Below are positions 19,904 to 26,950 of a DNA stretch of 29,257 bases, piece by piece. Within the stretch, counting starts at the first letter, position 1; the number at the start of each line of letters is the position of its first letter. The stretch is from an uncultured virus (IMG/VR IMGVR_UViG_3300021431_000098) (lineage: Duplodnaviria; Heunggongvirae; Uroviricota; Caudoviricetes; Crassvirales): the IMG/VR virus record IMGVR_UViG_3300021431_000098. One strand, 5' to 3'. Under the pieces are notes generated by a model. That model was given only the letters and a program-made list of their open reading frames with translations. It did not search any database and was not told where the DNA came from. Position numbers and translations under genes: made by a program.

Positions 19904-20680
19904 TTAAAAGTTATTTCTAGGATCAAAAGTACTATTATAAAAGAAACTTCTCCAACCAGTATAATCTCCAGCTATATCTCTTTTAGTAGAAAGAGCAGCT
20001 TTTGGTTTAAGAGTAGTCCATTGAATATAAGGATTTGTAATAGGACTTTTACTATCTAAAGCATATACAGGATGTTTACTTCCTCTACTTAAATATTTAT
20101 ATAAACAATACCAAGCAAGAGCTTCAAGAAGTAAACCATTATCATAAATATACGGAACTTCACAATCATAATAATCATCGTAATAAGTTGCAACTTCGTA
20201 ACTTTCTACAATGATTTTATCTGTATCAAAATTAAGTTCAATATTATTATTTTGAATAACAAAATTTCTACCAACACCAACAGTTTGAATTTTAGGATGA
20301 TTAACTGTAGTTTGACTTACAATCTCACCAGTTTCTTCATTATATCCTTCATAATGTTTATTATTGTTTTGGTCAAATCTTGCTATTTGAATTGCTCCAG
20401 CTCCACAACCACAACCAGCTTTACCAATAGGCTCAACTTCACAACCATTCTCTGTAAAAACTTTAATTTCCTTTGCGTTAAGTTTGCAAGGGAAATTAGC
20501 AATTCTATTAGAAACTTCAAGAGTTCTTTTCTTTTTCTCCATAGGTAGACAATTCATCTGCGAAAGAGCATCAATTGTCCATGCAGCAACTCTAGGTATC
20601 CAATCACTTTCGCTAAGGTTAAAGTCATTGTCAATTTTTCCTATTAATCTTCCTATGTTTACTTGATTCTTGATTTTCAT
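19904..20680 (-). CDS. Tail ring / tail tubular protein (P22 gp4-like), 258 aa
   Basis: Size, position immediately before the muzzle gene, and sequence pattern (IGRLIGKIDNDF...WTIDAL...LLEALAWYC) typical of crAss ring proteins. Confidence 0.7.
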   Translation of the reverse strand: MKIKNQVNIGRLIGKIDNDFNLSESDWIPRVAAWTIDALSQMNCLPMEKKKRTLEVSNRIANFPCKLNAKEIKVFTENGCEVEPIGKAGCGCGAGAIQIARFDQNNNKHYEGYNEETGEIVSQTTVNHPKIQTVGVGRNFVIQNNNIELNFDTDKIIVESYEVATYYDDYYDCEVPYIYDNGLLLEALAWYCLYKYLSRGSKHPVYALDSKSPITNPYIQWTTLKPKAALSTKRDIAGDYTGWRSFFYNSTFDPRNNF

Positions 20681-21584
20681 TTCTTATATATTTATTGTAT
20701 AATCCTTTATCTATCATCATACATAGCTTAAGTTTATGTCTAATACCTATTCCTAAACTACATATTTTATTTTTATCTCTACCACACATTTCAATTAATT
20801 CTTCATCACTTTTTCCTCTTAACTCTCTTGCAGTTCTGTCAGTTGTAGTAAATTTTAATTTAGTACCATCTGTAAGTTTTGAATTAAGAAGAGGAATTTC
20901 ATAACAAAACTCCTCATTTAAATAAACTCTATAATCTTCACCTTTGTACTCAATTCCATTCTCTTTGCACCATTTAGCATCCCCATCATTATATGGAATT
21001 CCACCTCTATTTATTATTTCTTCTTTTTTACGTTTAGTTGCTGCAAAGTCAAGTTTAGGTCTAGCATTGTCAACTTTACATCTATTTATACACAACCAAC
21101 CAATATTATTTTTAAACGCATAACCTTTACCTTCAACAATCATTTGTCTGCTAACTTCATTGTAATATATCTCTAATATATGAGTATATTCTGCAAGAGT
21201 TAATTCAGACATTTTCTTATATAATGCTATGATATGTCTAAGTCTATGAATATCTTTTTGTTTTTCTGCTAATTGATGAAGTTCAAGATGAGTGGCTTCA
21301 ATTTTATAATCACCATCTCTATTAAGAAATAGCAATTTAGCTATTCTACAAAAATCTCCATCAATATATTTATTTTGAACAAATTCTGGAAGTTTACTTA
21401 AATCATATCCATAATTCTTAGGATTCTTCTCAAAATTCTTTTTTACAATCTCGTAAAATTCTTTTTCTGTTTCAATTAAATCAGACAATACAATTTCAGC
21501 TTCTTCTTTTTTCTGAGTGTATTCATTTTTCATGTTTGAATAATACACTCTAAAGTTTGTAGCTATTTCTTTAGTTGCACTCAT
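20631..21584 (-). CDS. IHF/HU-like DNA-binding protein of the crAss tail module (317 aa)
   Basis: The segment YTHILEIYYNEVSRQMIVEGKGYAFKNNIGWLCI...LDFAATK resembles the HU/IHF helix plus beta-ribbon pattern. crAss phages carry IHF-like genes just upstream of the tail tubular gene. Confidence 0.5.
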   Translation of the reverse strand: MSATKEIATNFRVYYSNMKNEYTQKKEEAEIVLSDLIETEKEFYEIVKKNFEKNPKNYGYDLSKLPEFVQNKYIDGDFCRIAKLLFLNRDGDYKIEATHLELHQLAEKQKDIHRLRHIIALYKKMSELTLAEYTHILEIYYNEVSRQMIVEGKGYAFKNNIGWLCINRCKVDNARPKLDFAATKRKKEEIINRGGIPYNDGDAKWCKENGIEYKGEDYRVYLNEEFCYEIPLLNSKLTDGTKLKFTTTDRTARELRGKSDEELIEMCGRDKNKICSLGIGIRHKLKLCMMIDKGLYNKYIRNENQESSKHRKINRKN

Positions 21585-21587
21585 TGT

Positions 21588-22277
21588 TTAAACTATTTCA
21601 GTATTTATTGAATGTTCGTTTGTTTCTCTGAGAGTTTCCATTAAATCTCTTTTATATATAATTTCTTTTATTTGTCCAATCATATCTTCACTAAACAACC
21701 ACTCGTTTGTGCCAAGTTCTTCTTCCCACTCAGTAGCAAGTCCATTCATAATCTCAATTTGAGTAGGATTTTCAAATGCACTTTCAACTACAATTTTATC
21801 CAAAGCAAAAGGCTTGCAATAACTATCAAAAACATAAATGTAACCATTTATATAATCATAGCAAGCCATACCTTTAAGACCAGGAACATGACATCTAAAT
21901 CTAGCAGTTGTTTCCTTAATAAAAGGAATTTCTACATTGGTCTTATAACCAGCTGTAGAAACTCTATCAAAAGGAAGATTATTAACTAGTCTAACAGGTC
22001 TAGGAACTCTTTGACTTGTTTTCTTAATTGTATCTATATCAACATTTGGAAGCATATTAGTAATAGACTCAATATCTCCATCTGATACTTTATCAAGAGT
22101 TACAGTAAAACGTTGAGTAAGAACTTTATCAACATAGTTATGATTCTCATAACTTCTCCTAATAACTTCATTCCTAGTTTGCATTAGAAGAAGTTTAATA
22201 TTTTCTCTAAGAGCAGCATTATTAGGTTGCCCAAGAGCATGAGCCATTTCACTTATAAGTTGATTAAGACTAGCCAT
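21588..22277 (-). CDS. Tail ring protein (229 aa)
   Basis: MASLNQLISE... start, P-rich VPRPVRL, YDYINGYIYV and FENP motifs. Size and position match crAss ring proteins. Confidence 0.65.
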   Translation of the reverse strand: MASLNQLISEMAHALGQPNNAALRENIKLLLMQTRNEVIRRSYENHNYVDKVLTQRFTVTLDKVSDGDIESITNMLPNVDIDTIKKTSQRVPRPVRLVNNLPFDRVSTAGYKTNVEIPFIKETTARFRCHVPGLKGMACYDYINGYIYVFDSYCKPFALDKIVVESAFENPTQIEIMNGLATEWEEELGTNEWLFSEDMIGQIKEIIYKRDLMETLRETNEHSINTEIV

Positions 22278-22308
22278 TATAATTCCAATTGTTAAGTTTA
22301 TTTGTGAA

Positions 22309-22327
22309 CCCCCCGTAAGAAGAATTG
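22309..22327 (+). repeat. Dispersed motif copy 5 (CCCCCCGTAAGAAGAATTG)
   Basis: Intergenic. 19/19 identical to copy 7. Confidence 0.85.
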
Positions 22328-22375
22328 CATGATGTTAATGTTAAACTCCACTTTCACTAATAGTTGTTTATCAAT

Positions 22376-22393
22376 CAATTTCTTCTACGGGGG
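22376..22393 (-). repeat. Dispersed motif copy 6 (CCCCCGTAGAAGAAATTG)
   Basis: Intergenic, inverted relative to copy 5. Confidence 0.8.
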
Positions 22394-22415
22394 ATTAATA
22401 ATATACTCACTGTTG

Positions 22416-22676
22416 TTATTACTAACTTAATATTTACCTACTCAATATTTAGTAATAGTTGCATCATTATTTATAAAATAACCAATAGGGTTTGAAATTG
22501 TCAATCAGTAATAACTTTATTGTTATATTAACAAATATATTTGTTAAATATAACTGCAAAGTTATTACTTTTTCTTGACATATTCAACACCCATTTTGGA
22601 TTTTTTTATAATAATCTTTGTAACTACTTACAAAATCAGCGAGTTAGGCAAATGTTAAATGTTAAGTTATTAATAA
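22416..22676. repeat. Imperfect palindrome of about 260 bp centred on 22537/22538
   Basis: Perfect 20-bp core TTAACAAATATATTTGTTAA (22528-22547), a 12-bp pair at 22507-22518 / 22558-22569, and alignable arms out to TTATTACTAACTTAA / TTAAGTTATTAATAA. Confidence 0.8.
22557..22564 (-). promoter_or_regulatory. Bacteroidota -7 promoter box (TAACTTTG) upstream of the tail/cargo operon
   Basis: Exact TAnnTTTG followed by CA. A second match, TATATTTG, lies at 22532-22539 (minus) and 22536-22543 (plus). Confidence 0.5.
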
Positions 22677-23062
22677 GAATAGTGAATATTATTAATCTCA
22701 CCTATAAATTGACTTGCTAAATAGCCTATTGTGTACGCTGGGGCTTCACCTTTATCAGGAATTTTATAATATTCTAACATTGATTGTTTAACGTGTTCAG
22801 CTTCATGTATTATACTATTGACATAATCATAATAATTACTATGATTATTAAATAAAACAACACTAGTTTTATGTTTAAAACTACTTATAGTACAAGCTTT
22901 AGCATATTTACTATACATATTATAATATATACGGTCGATTGTTTTATCACTTGCATTTATTTTTATTAAATCATCTTCTATATAATTAAAAAAGTTATAG
23001 TTTACATTATAATAAACTATAACTTTCCAATAATTATTAACGTTATAAACTTTTCTAATCAT
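22670..23062 (-). CDS. Small zincin-like metallopeptidase (130 aa)
   Basis: HExxH (IIHEAEH, 22793-22807) with a downstream GEAPAYTIGYL third-ligand helix. ATGA overlap with the upstream gene. Confidence 0.6.
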   Translation of the reverse strand: MIRKVYNVNNYWKVIVYYNVNYNFFNYIEDDLIKINASDKTIDRIYYNMYSKYAKACTISSFKHKTSVVLFNNHSNYYDYVNSIIHEAEHVKQSMLEYYKIPDKGEAPAYTIGYLASQFIGEINNIHYSY

Positions 23063-23481
23063 AGAAATTCATCCCAAGGAATAGCTATTCCCATCCATTT
23101 CATATCAGCAATCCAACGATTAAATATAAGTCCTTCAACACCATCAGGGTCATCAATTGCATCTTTAATATATTTAGCTAGATGTTCTTCTGTAGGAACA
23201 CTAGATTCATAATAATCAGCTTTACACATATTAGCGACATAAACACAATCGTGAAGTTGGGAATATTTAGGCTTAACATTATAAGCTGATAAGATGTTTT
23301 CTACCTCCCCTTTAGAAAGAGGTTTGATAGCCTCTTCATTACCTTGTTTATCTTCTTTATACATTAAACTTACTGCAAACTCACAACAAGCTTTATTAAA
23401 ATGAGGACCATTTTGAGAAAGATAAATAGCTAAATCTTCAGGCATTGTTTCATAAGCCGTAAAATTTTCTCTTCTTTTCAT
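23059..23481 (-). CDS. Conserved hypothetical phage protein (140 aa), cassette member
   Basis: Clean ORF. Motifs YLSQNGPHFNK, YVANMCKADY and DDPDG...FNRWIADM resemble an uncharacterised family I recall from Bacteroidota phages. Confidence 0.7.
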   Translation of the reverse strand: MKRRENFTAYETMPEDLAIYLSQNGPHFNKACCEFAVSLMYKEDKQGNEEAIKPLSKGEVENILSAYNVKPKYSQLHDCVYVANMCKADYYESSVPTEEHLAKYIKDAIDDPDGVEGLIFNRWIADMKWMGIAIPWDEFL

Positions 23482-23498
23482 AGCTATAGATATTTAAA

Positions 23499-23525
23499 GA
23501 GGAGTAAACTTGTGGTCTACTCCTC
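23499..23525 (-). terminator. Probable intrinsic terminator or stabilising hairpin after the 77-aa gene
   Basis: Minus strand GAGGAGTAGAC-CACAA-GTTTACTCCTC: an 11-bp stem with one G.U pair, followed by TTTAAAT (short U tract). Confidence 0.55.
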
Positions 23526-23537
23526 CTTGTTTAACAA

Positions 23538-23771
23538 TTACATTCTACGATAACGACCACCGGAACTTCTCATGCGAGTTCTACGCATTTCTCTACGCAT
23601 ATCTCTATCGTCCATTTCATCTTCACGATAGTCCTCATCATCGTATTCCTCCTCCTCTTCGATGCAATCCTCAAGAATACCTTCAACATCCTCGATTTCT
23701 TTACGCATCTTCTTGACTTTCTTCATCAAGTCTTTCTTATCTTCGCTATGTCTGAATTTCATTATAAGCAT
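23538..23771 (-). CDS. Small highly charged protein (77 aa): basic helix, acidic tract, Arg-rich tail
   Basis: ORF track. Preceded by a GAAAGGA SD-like site and followed by a hairpin. Confidence 0.7.
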   Translation of the reverse strand: MLIMKFRHSEDKKDLMKKVKKMRKEIEDVEGILEDCIEEEEEYDDEDYREDEMDDRDMRREMRRTRMRSSGGRYRRM

Positions 23772-23786
23772 TGTAATTTCCTTTCT

Positions 23787-24281
23787 TTAATTATTTCCGT
23801 TTACAAGTTTAGTTTGAAGTTCAACTAGTTTTTGAATTTGACTTCTCAAATCATTTACTTCACTCCTGAGTTCTTTTACTTCTTTGCTGTCTAAGTTACT
23901 ATGATTTGGATTCAATTCATTATAAGCTTTCTCATATTGTTCAATAAGAGCTTTATGTTTATCCACACTAGCAACAATAGTTCTGCTATTTTGCAGCATA
24001 GACTCTATATAATTATTTAAAGATTCTTTACTATCTGCAAGTATAAAAGCATCAGAACCGAAATTAGCAATTGTAGTGTTACCTGGAAGTTGTTTAAACT
24101 CTCTCTTTTCACCATTGACTGTAGCTGTAATATCTATAGTCATTTGTGGTAATTGACCAAAAGTTGTATTTAACATTGGTCTAGGTAAACTAACATTTGT
24201 AATAGGAGCAGTAAATACCTTTATTTCATCTTTTGTTTCTAAGCCATATAGAATACTTCCTTGAGCTAAATTTGAAAACAT
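23787..24281 (-). CDS. Hypothetical protein (164 aa) with a beta-rich N-terminus and a C-terminal coiled coil
   Basis: ORF track. Heptad-like EVKELRSEVNDLRSQIQKLVEL. Confidence 0.7.
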   Translation of the reverse strand: MFSNLAQGSILYGLETKDEIKVFTAPITNVSLPRPMLNTTFGQLPQMTIDITATVNGEKREFKQLPGNTTIANFGSDAFILADSKESLNNYIESMLQNSRTIVASVDKHKALIEQYEKAYNELNPNHSNLDSKEVKELRSEVNDLRSQIQKLVELQTKLVNGNN

Positions 24282-24308
24282 GGTTATTCGATTTTAATTG
24301 TTATTAAT

Positions 24309-24647
24309 TTAAGCAATAGTACGAGACATTAATACAAGAACTCCTCTAACTCTATCATTAAACACCATAATAGTATTCACATTCAAGAGTTGTGCAGCAG
24401 TAACAGCAGTACCATTAGGAAGAGTCAAAGCTCTAGTAGTTCCATTCATGGTAAGAGTTATAGGAAAAGTAGCAGTAGCATCAGTAGGAATAACATCGCT
24501 GATAGCTATTGTAAGATAACCTACAGGCTGTATTCTACGAAATCCAAGAGCTATATCAATAGTCTCAGTACCGATAGTAGTATTGGTAGAAACAATATAC
24601 GGAATACCACCTGCGTTAGTTGCTATAATTTGATTACAACAAGCCAT
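24309..24647 (-). CDS. Hypothetical Thr/Ile-rich beta-strand protein (112 aa)
   Basis: ORF track. Perfect AGGAGGT 6 nt upstream of the ATG, and an N-terminal CC. Confidence 0.75.
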   Translation of the reverse strand: MACCNQIIATNAGGIPYIVSTNTTIGTETIDIALGFRRIQPVGYLTIAISDVIPTDATATFPITLTMNGTTRALTLPNGTAVTAAQLLNVNTIMVFNDRVRGVLVLMSRTIA

Positions 24648-24671
24648 ACGTTTACCTCCTAATTCCGTTTA

Positions 24672-25625
24672 TTAAAGAATAATACTACCACCGAAACCGT
24701 TACCACCGTTGAAGCCATAACCAAAACCTCCAACATAAGGAGTAGCGTTAGCAGCTATAAGATTAGGCCACTGAACAGGAACAGTATTAGGTTGTTTAGC
24801 AGCAATAGCGTCAATCTTATCATCAAGAGCATGGAAAGCAGCATTAAACTGCAAAGTTTGATGGTCATTACTAATCTGATTTCTCAGTTGAGTAATAATG
24901 TCACCCTGAGTGTTAATTTTGTTCTGAAGTTCTCTCTTCTCCAAATCACAGAACTTATCAACAATCATAGCATTCTGGTCTTTAATAGCACCAAGAATAG
25001 CATTAGTATTGTTAGAAGCTTGAGTAGTCAGAGTATTAGTTTGCTGACAAACACTCAACTGGTCGGATGCTTCATTCTGAGCAAGCTGCAAACGAACATC
25101 AGCATTATGAGCTGCTAACTGACTTTGAAGAGCATTAGTCTGCTGACAAATAGCAAGACGATTCTCGCAACAGCACTCACACAGTTGACGACCAAGAACA
25201 GCATTACCATTATCAATAGAATTACGAACCTCAAGACCGGTCATGCCAATCTGACCACCAAGAGTCTGCATAGAAGCATTCAAAGAATAAATACCGCTTT
25301 TAACACTTTCAACAGAAGTATTCAGAATATTAGCCAACTGACCGAGAGAATCAGCACGACCATTAATAGCTTGAAGCAGTAAATCACGTCCAGCATCATT
25401 GTTCATCTGATTAGCAAGGAAACCTGTTCCATTATTACCACCAAAACCGTTATTACCCCAACCATTCTGATACATCGACATCCACCACAAGAACATAATC
25501 CACATCCAGTTACCATTACCACCAAAACCACCGCCATTGTTAAGAGCTAAAAGCAGTGCAGGGTCAATACTAGAATTACTACCATTTCCAATACCAGGAA
25601 ATACAAAAACTCCATCTTTTTCCAT
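24672..25625 (-). CDS. Gly/Asn/Gln-rich protein (317 aa) with a Trp-rich hydrophobic segment, CECCC motif and long amphipathic helices
   Basis: ORF track. GFGG repeats at both ends, WMWIMFLWWM, LCECCCENRLAICQQTN, and a repeated CQQTN. Confidence 0.8.
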   Translation of the reverse strand: MEKDGVFVFPGIGNGSNSSIDPALLLALNNGGGFGGNGNWMWIMFLWWMSMYQNGWGNNGFGGNNGTGFLANQMNNDAGRDLLLQAINGRADSLGQLANILNTSVESVKSGIYSLNASMQTLGGQIGMTGLEVRNSIDNGNAVLGRQLCECCCENRLAICQQTNALQSQLAAHNADVRLQLAQNEASDQLSVCQQTNTLTTQASNNTNAILGAIKDQNAMIVDKFCDLEKRELQNKINTQGDIITQLRNQISNDHQTLQFNAAFHALDDKIDAIAAKQPNTVPVQWPNLIAANATPYVGGFGYGFNGGNGFGGSIIL

Positions 25626-25727
25626 TACATTAAAATTTTTAAGTTGTAAGTACTTTTAATTAATATCTTTAATAACGCGTTCTAAAGATATTACAAAAGT
25701 ACTGCCATTATCAATTTTAATATAATG
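25623..25727. repeat. Imperfect palindrome of about 105 bp covering the promoter and start codon of the 317-aa cassette gene
   Basis: Paired segments 25623-25637 / 25713-25727 (14 of 15), 25649-25657 / 25695-25703 (9 of 9) and 25661-25671 / 25683-25693 (11 of 11), with a central AACGCGTT. Confidence 0.8.
25694..25701 (-). promoter_or_regulatory. Bacteroidota sigma-A -7 promoter box (TACTTTTG) for the cassette
   Basis: Exact match to TAnnTTTG, lying between a terminator and the ATG at 25625. No clear -33 TTTG. Confidence 0.5.
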
Positions 25728-25742
25728 ATTGTAAATATAAAT

Positions 25743-25773
25743 AAAAAAGGCTAACTATCAACTAGTTAGCCTT
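25743..25773 (-). terminator. Intrinsic terminator after the HTH gene
   Basis: Perfect 11-bp stem AAGGCTAACTA / TAGTTAGCCTT (25747-25757 and 25763-25773), a 5-nt loop, and a T-tract on the minus strand. Confidence 0.75.
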
Positions 25774-25795
25774 ATATTTCTTTTAATATTTATCT

Positions 25796-26104
25796 TTATT
25801 TGTTCTTCTCTCTCATCTTCATCTTCGCAAAAAATAATTCGTCTATATACCACACTAATTCTTTAAATCCAAATCGTTTACGTCCTTTAGGAACTTTCTT
25901 CATTGCAACATAATCGTTAAATTTATTTGGATTCATATTCATATAATTACACGCAGCCTCTCTGCTTATTCCTTCATGTGCTATTGCTGAAAAGATATGT
26001 ATAGCTTCATCTTGAGTAAGAACACAATTACCACTTTCAATATCATCTGCACGTTTACGAAGTTCTTTAACTACTTCTTTAATTAATACGCTCGATTGTT
26101 CCAT
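25796..26104 (-). CDS. Excisionase/AlpA-type helix-turn-helix DNA-binding protein (about 102 aa)
   Basis: ISREAACNYMNMNPNKFNDYVAMKKVPKGRK...LVWYIDEL fits the MerR-like/Xis winged-HTH pattern. The ATG at 26104 (MEQSS) is preferred to the TTG at 26167. Confidence 0.7.
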   Translation of the reverse strand: MEQSSVLIKEVVKELRKRADDIESGNCVLTQDEAIHIFSAIAHEGISREAACNYMNMNPNKFNDYVAMKKVPKGRKRFGFKELVWYIDELFFAKMKMREKNK

Positions 26105-26246
26105 GATTTTTGACTGAGTTTTGATTATAAAACCGCTGGCTATAGGGCTAGTTTGCCCGCTATTCAATTTTAATATGTGTTGTGATTATTTAATCATGAT
26201 TTAAAATTTAACGCCTAAAACACGATTTTAAAATATATAAAAATTT

Positions 26247-26582
26247 TTAATCTACATCTTCATTTGCTTCTTCATTAATATTTCTATTATAATCAAGTTT
26301 TAGTTTTTTAATTATAGGTTTAATTATCCAATCCCATGAAACTGGAGCTATAATAGCACTATTAAGAAGAAGTCTTGTATCATAACCGTTGAGATAATAC
26401 ACTCCCCCCGTAAGAAGAATTGATGCAAGTAATATTAGCTTCTTTACTATTGTCTTTACTTCTTTCTTTCTTATTTCTGTAATAGTTTTAACTATAACAT
26501 AAGTAAGAACATTAACAACAACGCAATATGCAAAGTCAAAACTATTTAAAGTATTATCTATTATTGTTTGCAAATATTCCAT
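26247..26582 (-). CDS. Small membrane protein, putative holin (111 aa)
   Basis: Two to three hydrophobic segments with basic loops and a charged C-terminus. The holin assignment is inference. Confidence 0.5.
   Translation of the reverse strand: MEYLQTIIDNTLNSFDFAYCVVVNVLTYVIVKTITEIRKKEVKTIVKKLILLASILLTGGVYYLNGYDTRLLLNSAIIAPVSWDWIIKPIIKKLKLDYNRNINEEANEDVD
26404..26422 (+). repeat. Dispersed motif copy 7 (CCCCCCGTAAGAAGAATTG)
   Basis: Inside the holin-like gene, encoding ILLTGG. 19/19 identical to copy 5. Confidence 0.85.
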
Positions 26583-26950
26583 TTTAATTTAAATTTAAAG
26601 TACAACATTAATAAAATTGTTATTCCTGCTATAATCAAATGTAGTAACATAAAGTTCTTATCGTTTATTGGTATTCTATAATATTCATCTATTATATTTA
26701 TAATCCAAACAACACTAAGGTAATGAATAGGAAGTCTATGATAAATACAAAATCTAAACACAATAGAAGAACTATACATAAATAATATTTCTAATAAAGA
26801 AATACCACCTATATAAGATAGAAAAGGAATATCAATATTATAATAAGAAAGAGTTGTACCTAATAAAGAGATACAACACATTACTATTGGCATTGTCTTT
26901 ATTAAGTACAACTCTATTTTATAGAACGTTTTATTTAACTTTTCCTCCAT
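26561..26950 (-). CDS. Integral membrane protein (about 129 aa, about 4 TM helices) with an FRFCIYHR motif
   Basis: Four hydrophobic stretches. The ATG at 26950 (MEEKLNK) is preferred to the TTG at 26992. Confidence 0.7.
   Translation of the reverse strand: MEEKLNKTFYKIELYLIKTMPIVMCCISLLGTTLSYYNIDIPFLSYIGGISLLEILFMYSSSIVFRFCIYHRLPIHYLSVVWIINIIDEYYRIPINDKNFMLLHLIIAGITILLMLYFKFKLKWNICKQ

Noticed and set aside
22278..22669. tRNA, or a small protein gene, in the long intergenic region
   Set aside because: No cloverleaf or T-loop consensus was seen, and the ATG-started minus-strand frame I checked near 22465 closes within about ten codons.
25796..26104. HTH gene as a true excisionase indicating a prophage or integrative element
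   Set aside because: No integrase, att-like repeat or host gene is present in the window, and the fold is shared by many regulators.
1274..26422. C6/G6 runs as phase-variable slippage tracts or CRISPR repeats
   Set aside because: The runs are short, sit in essential genes, share conserved non-homopolymer flanks, and are kilobases apart with no repeat-spacer array.
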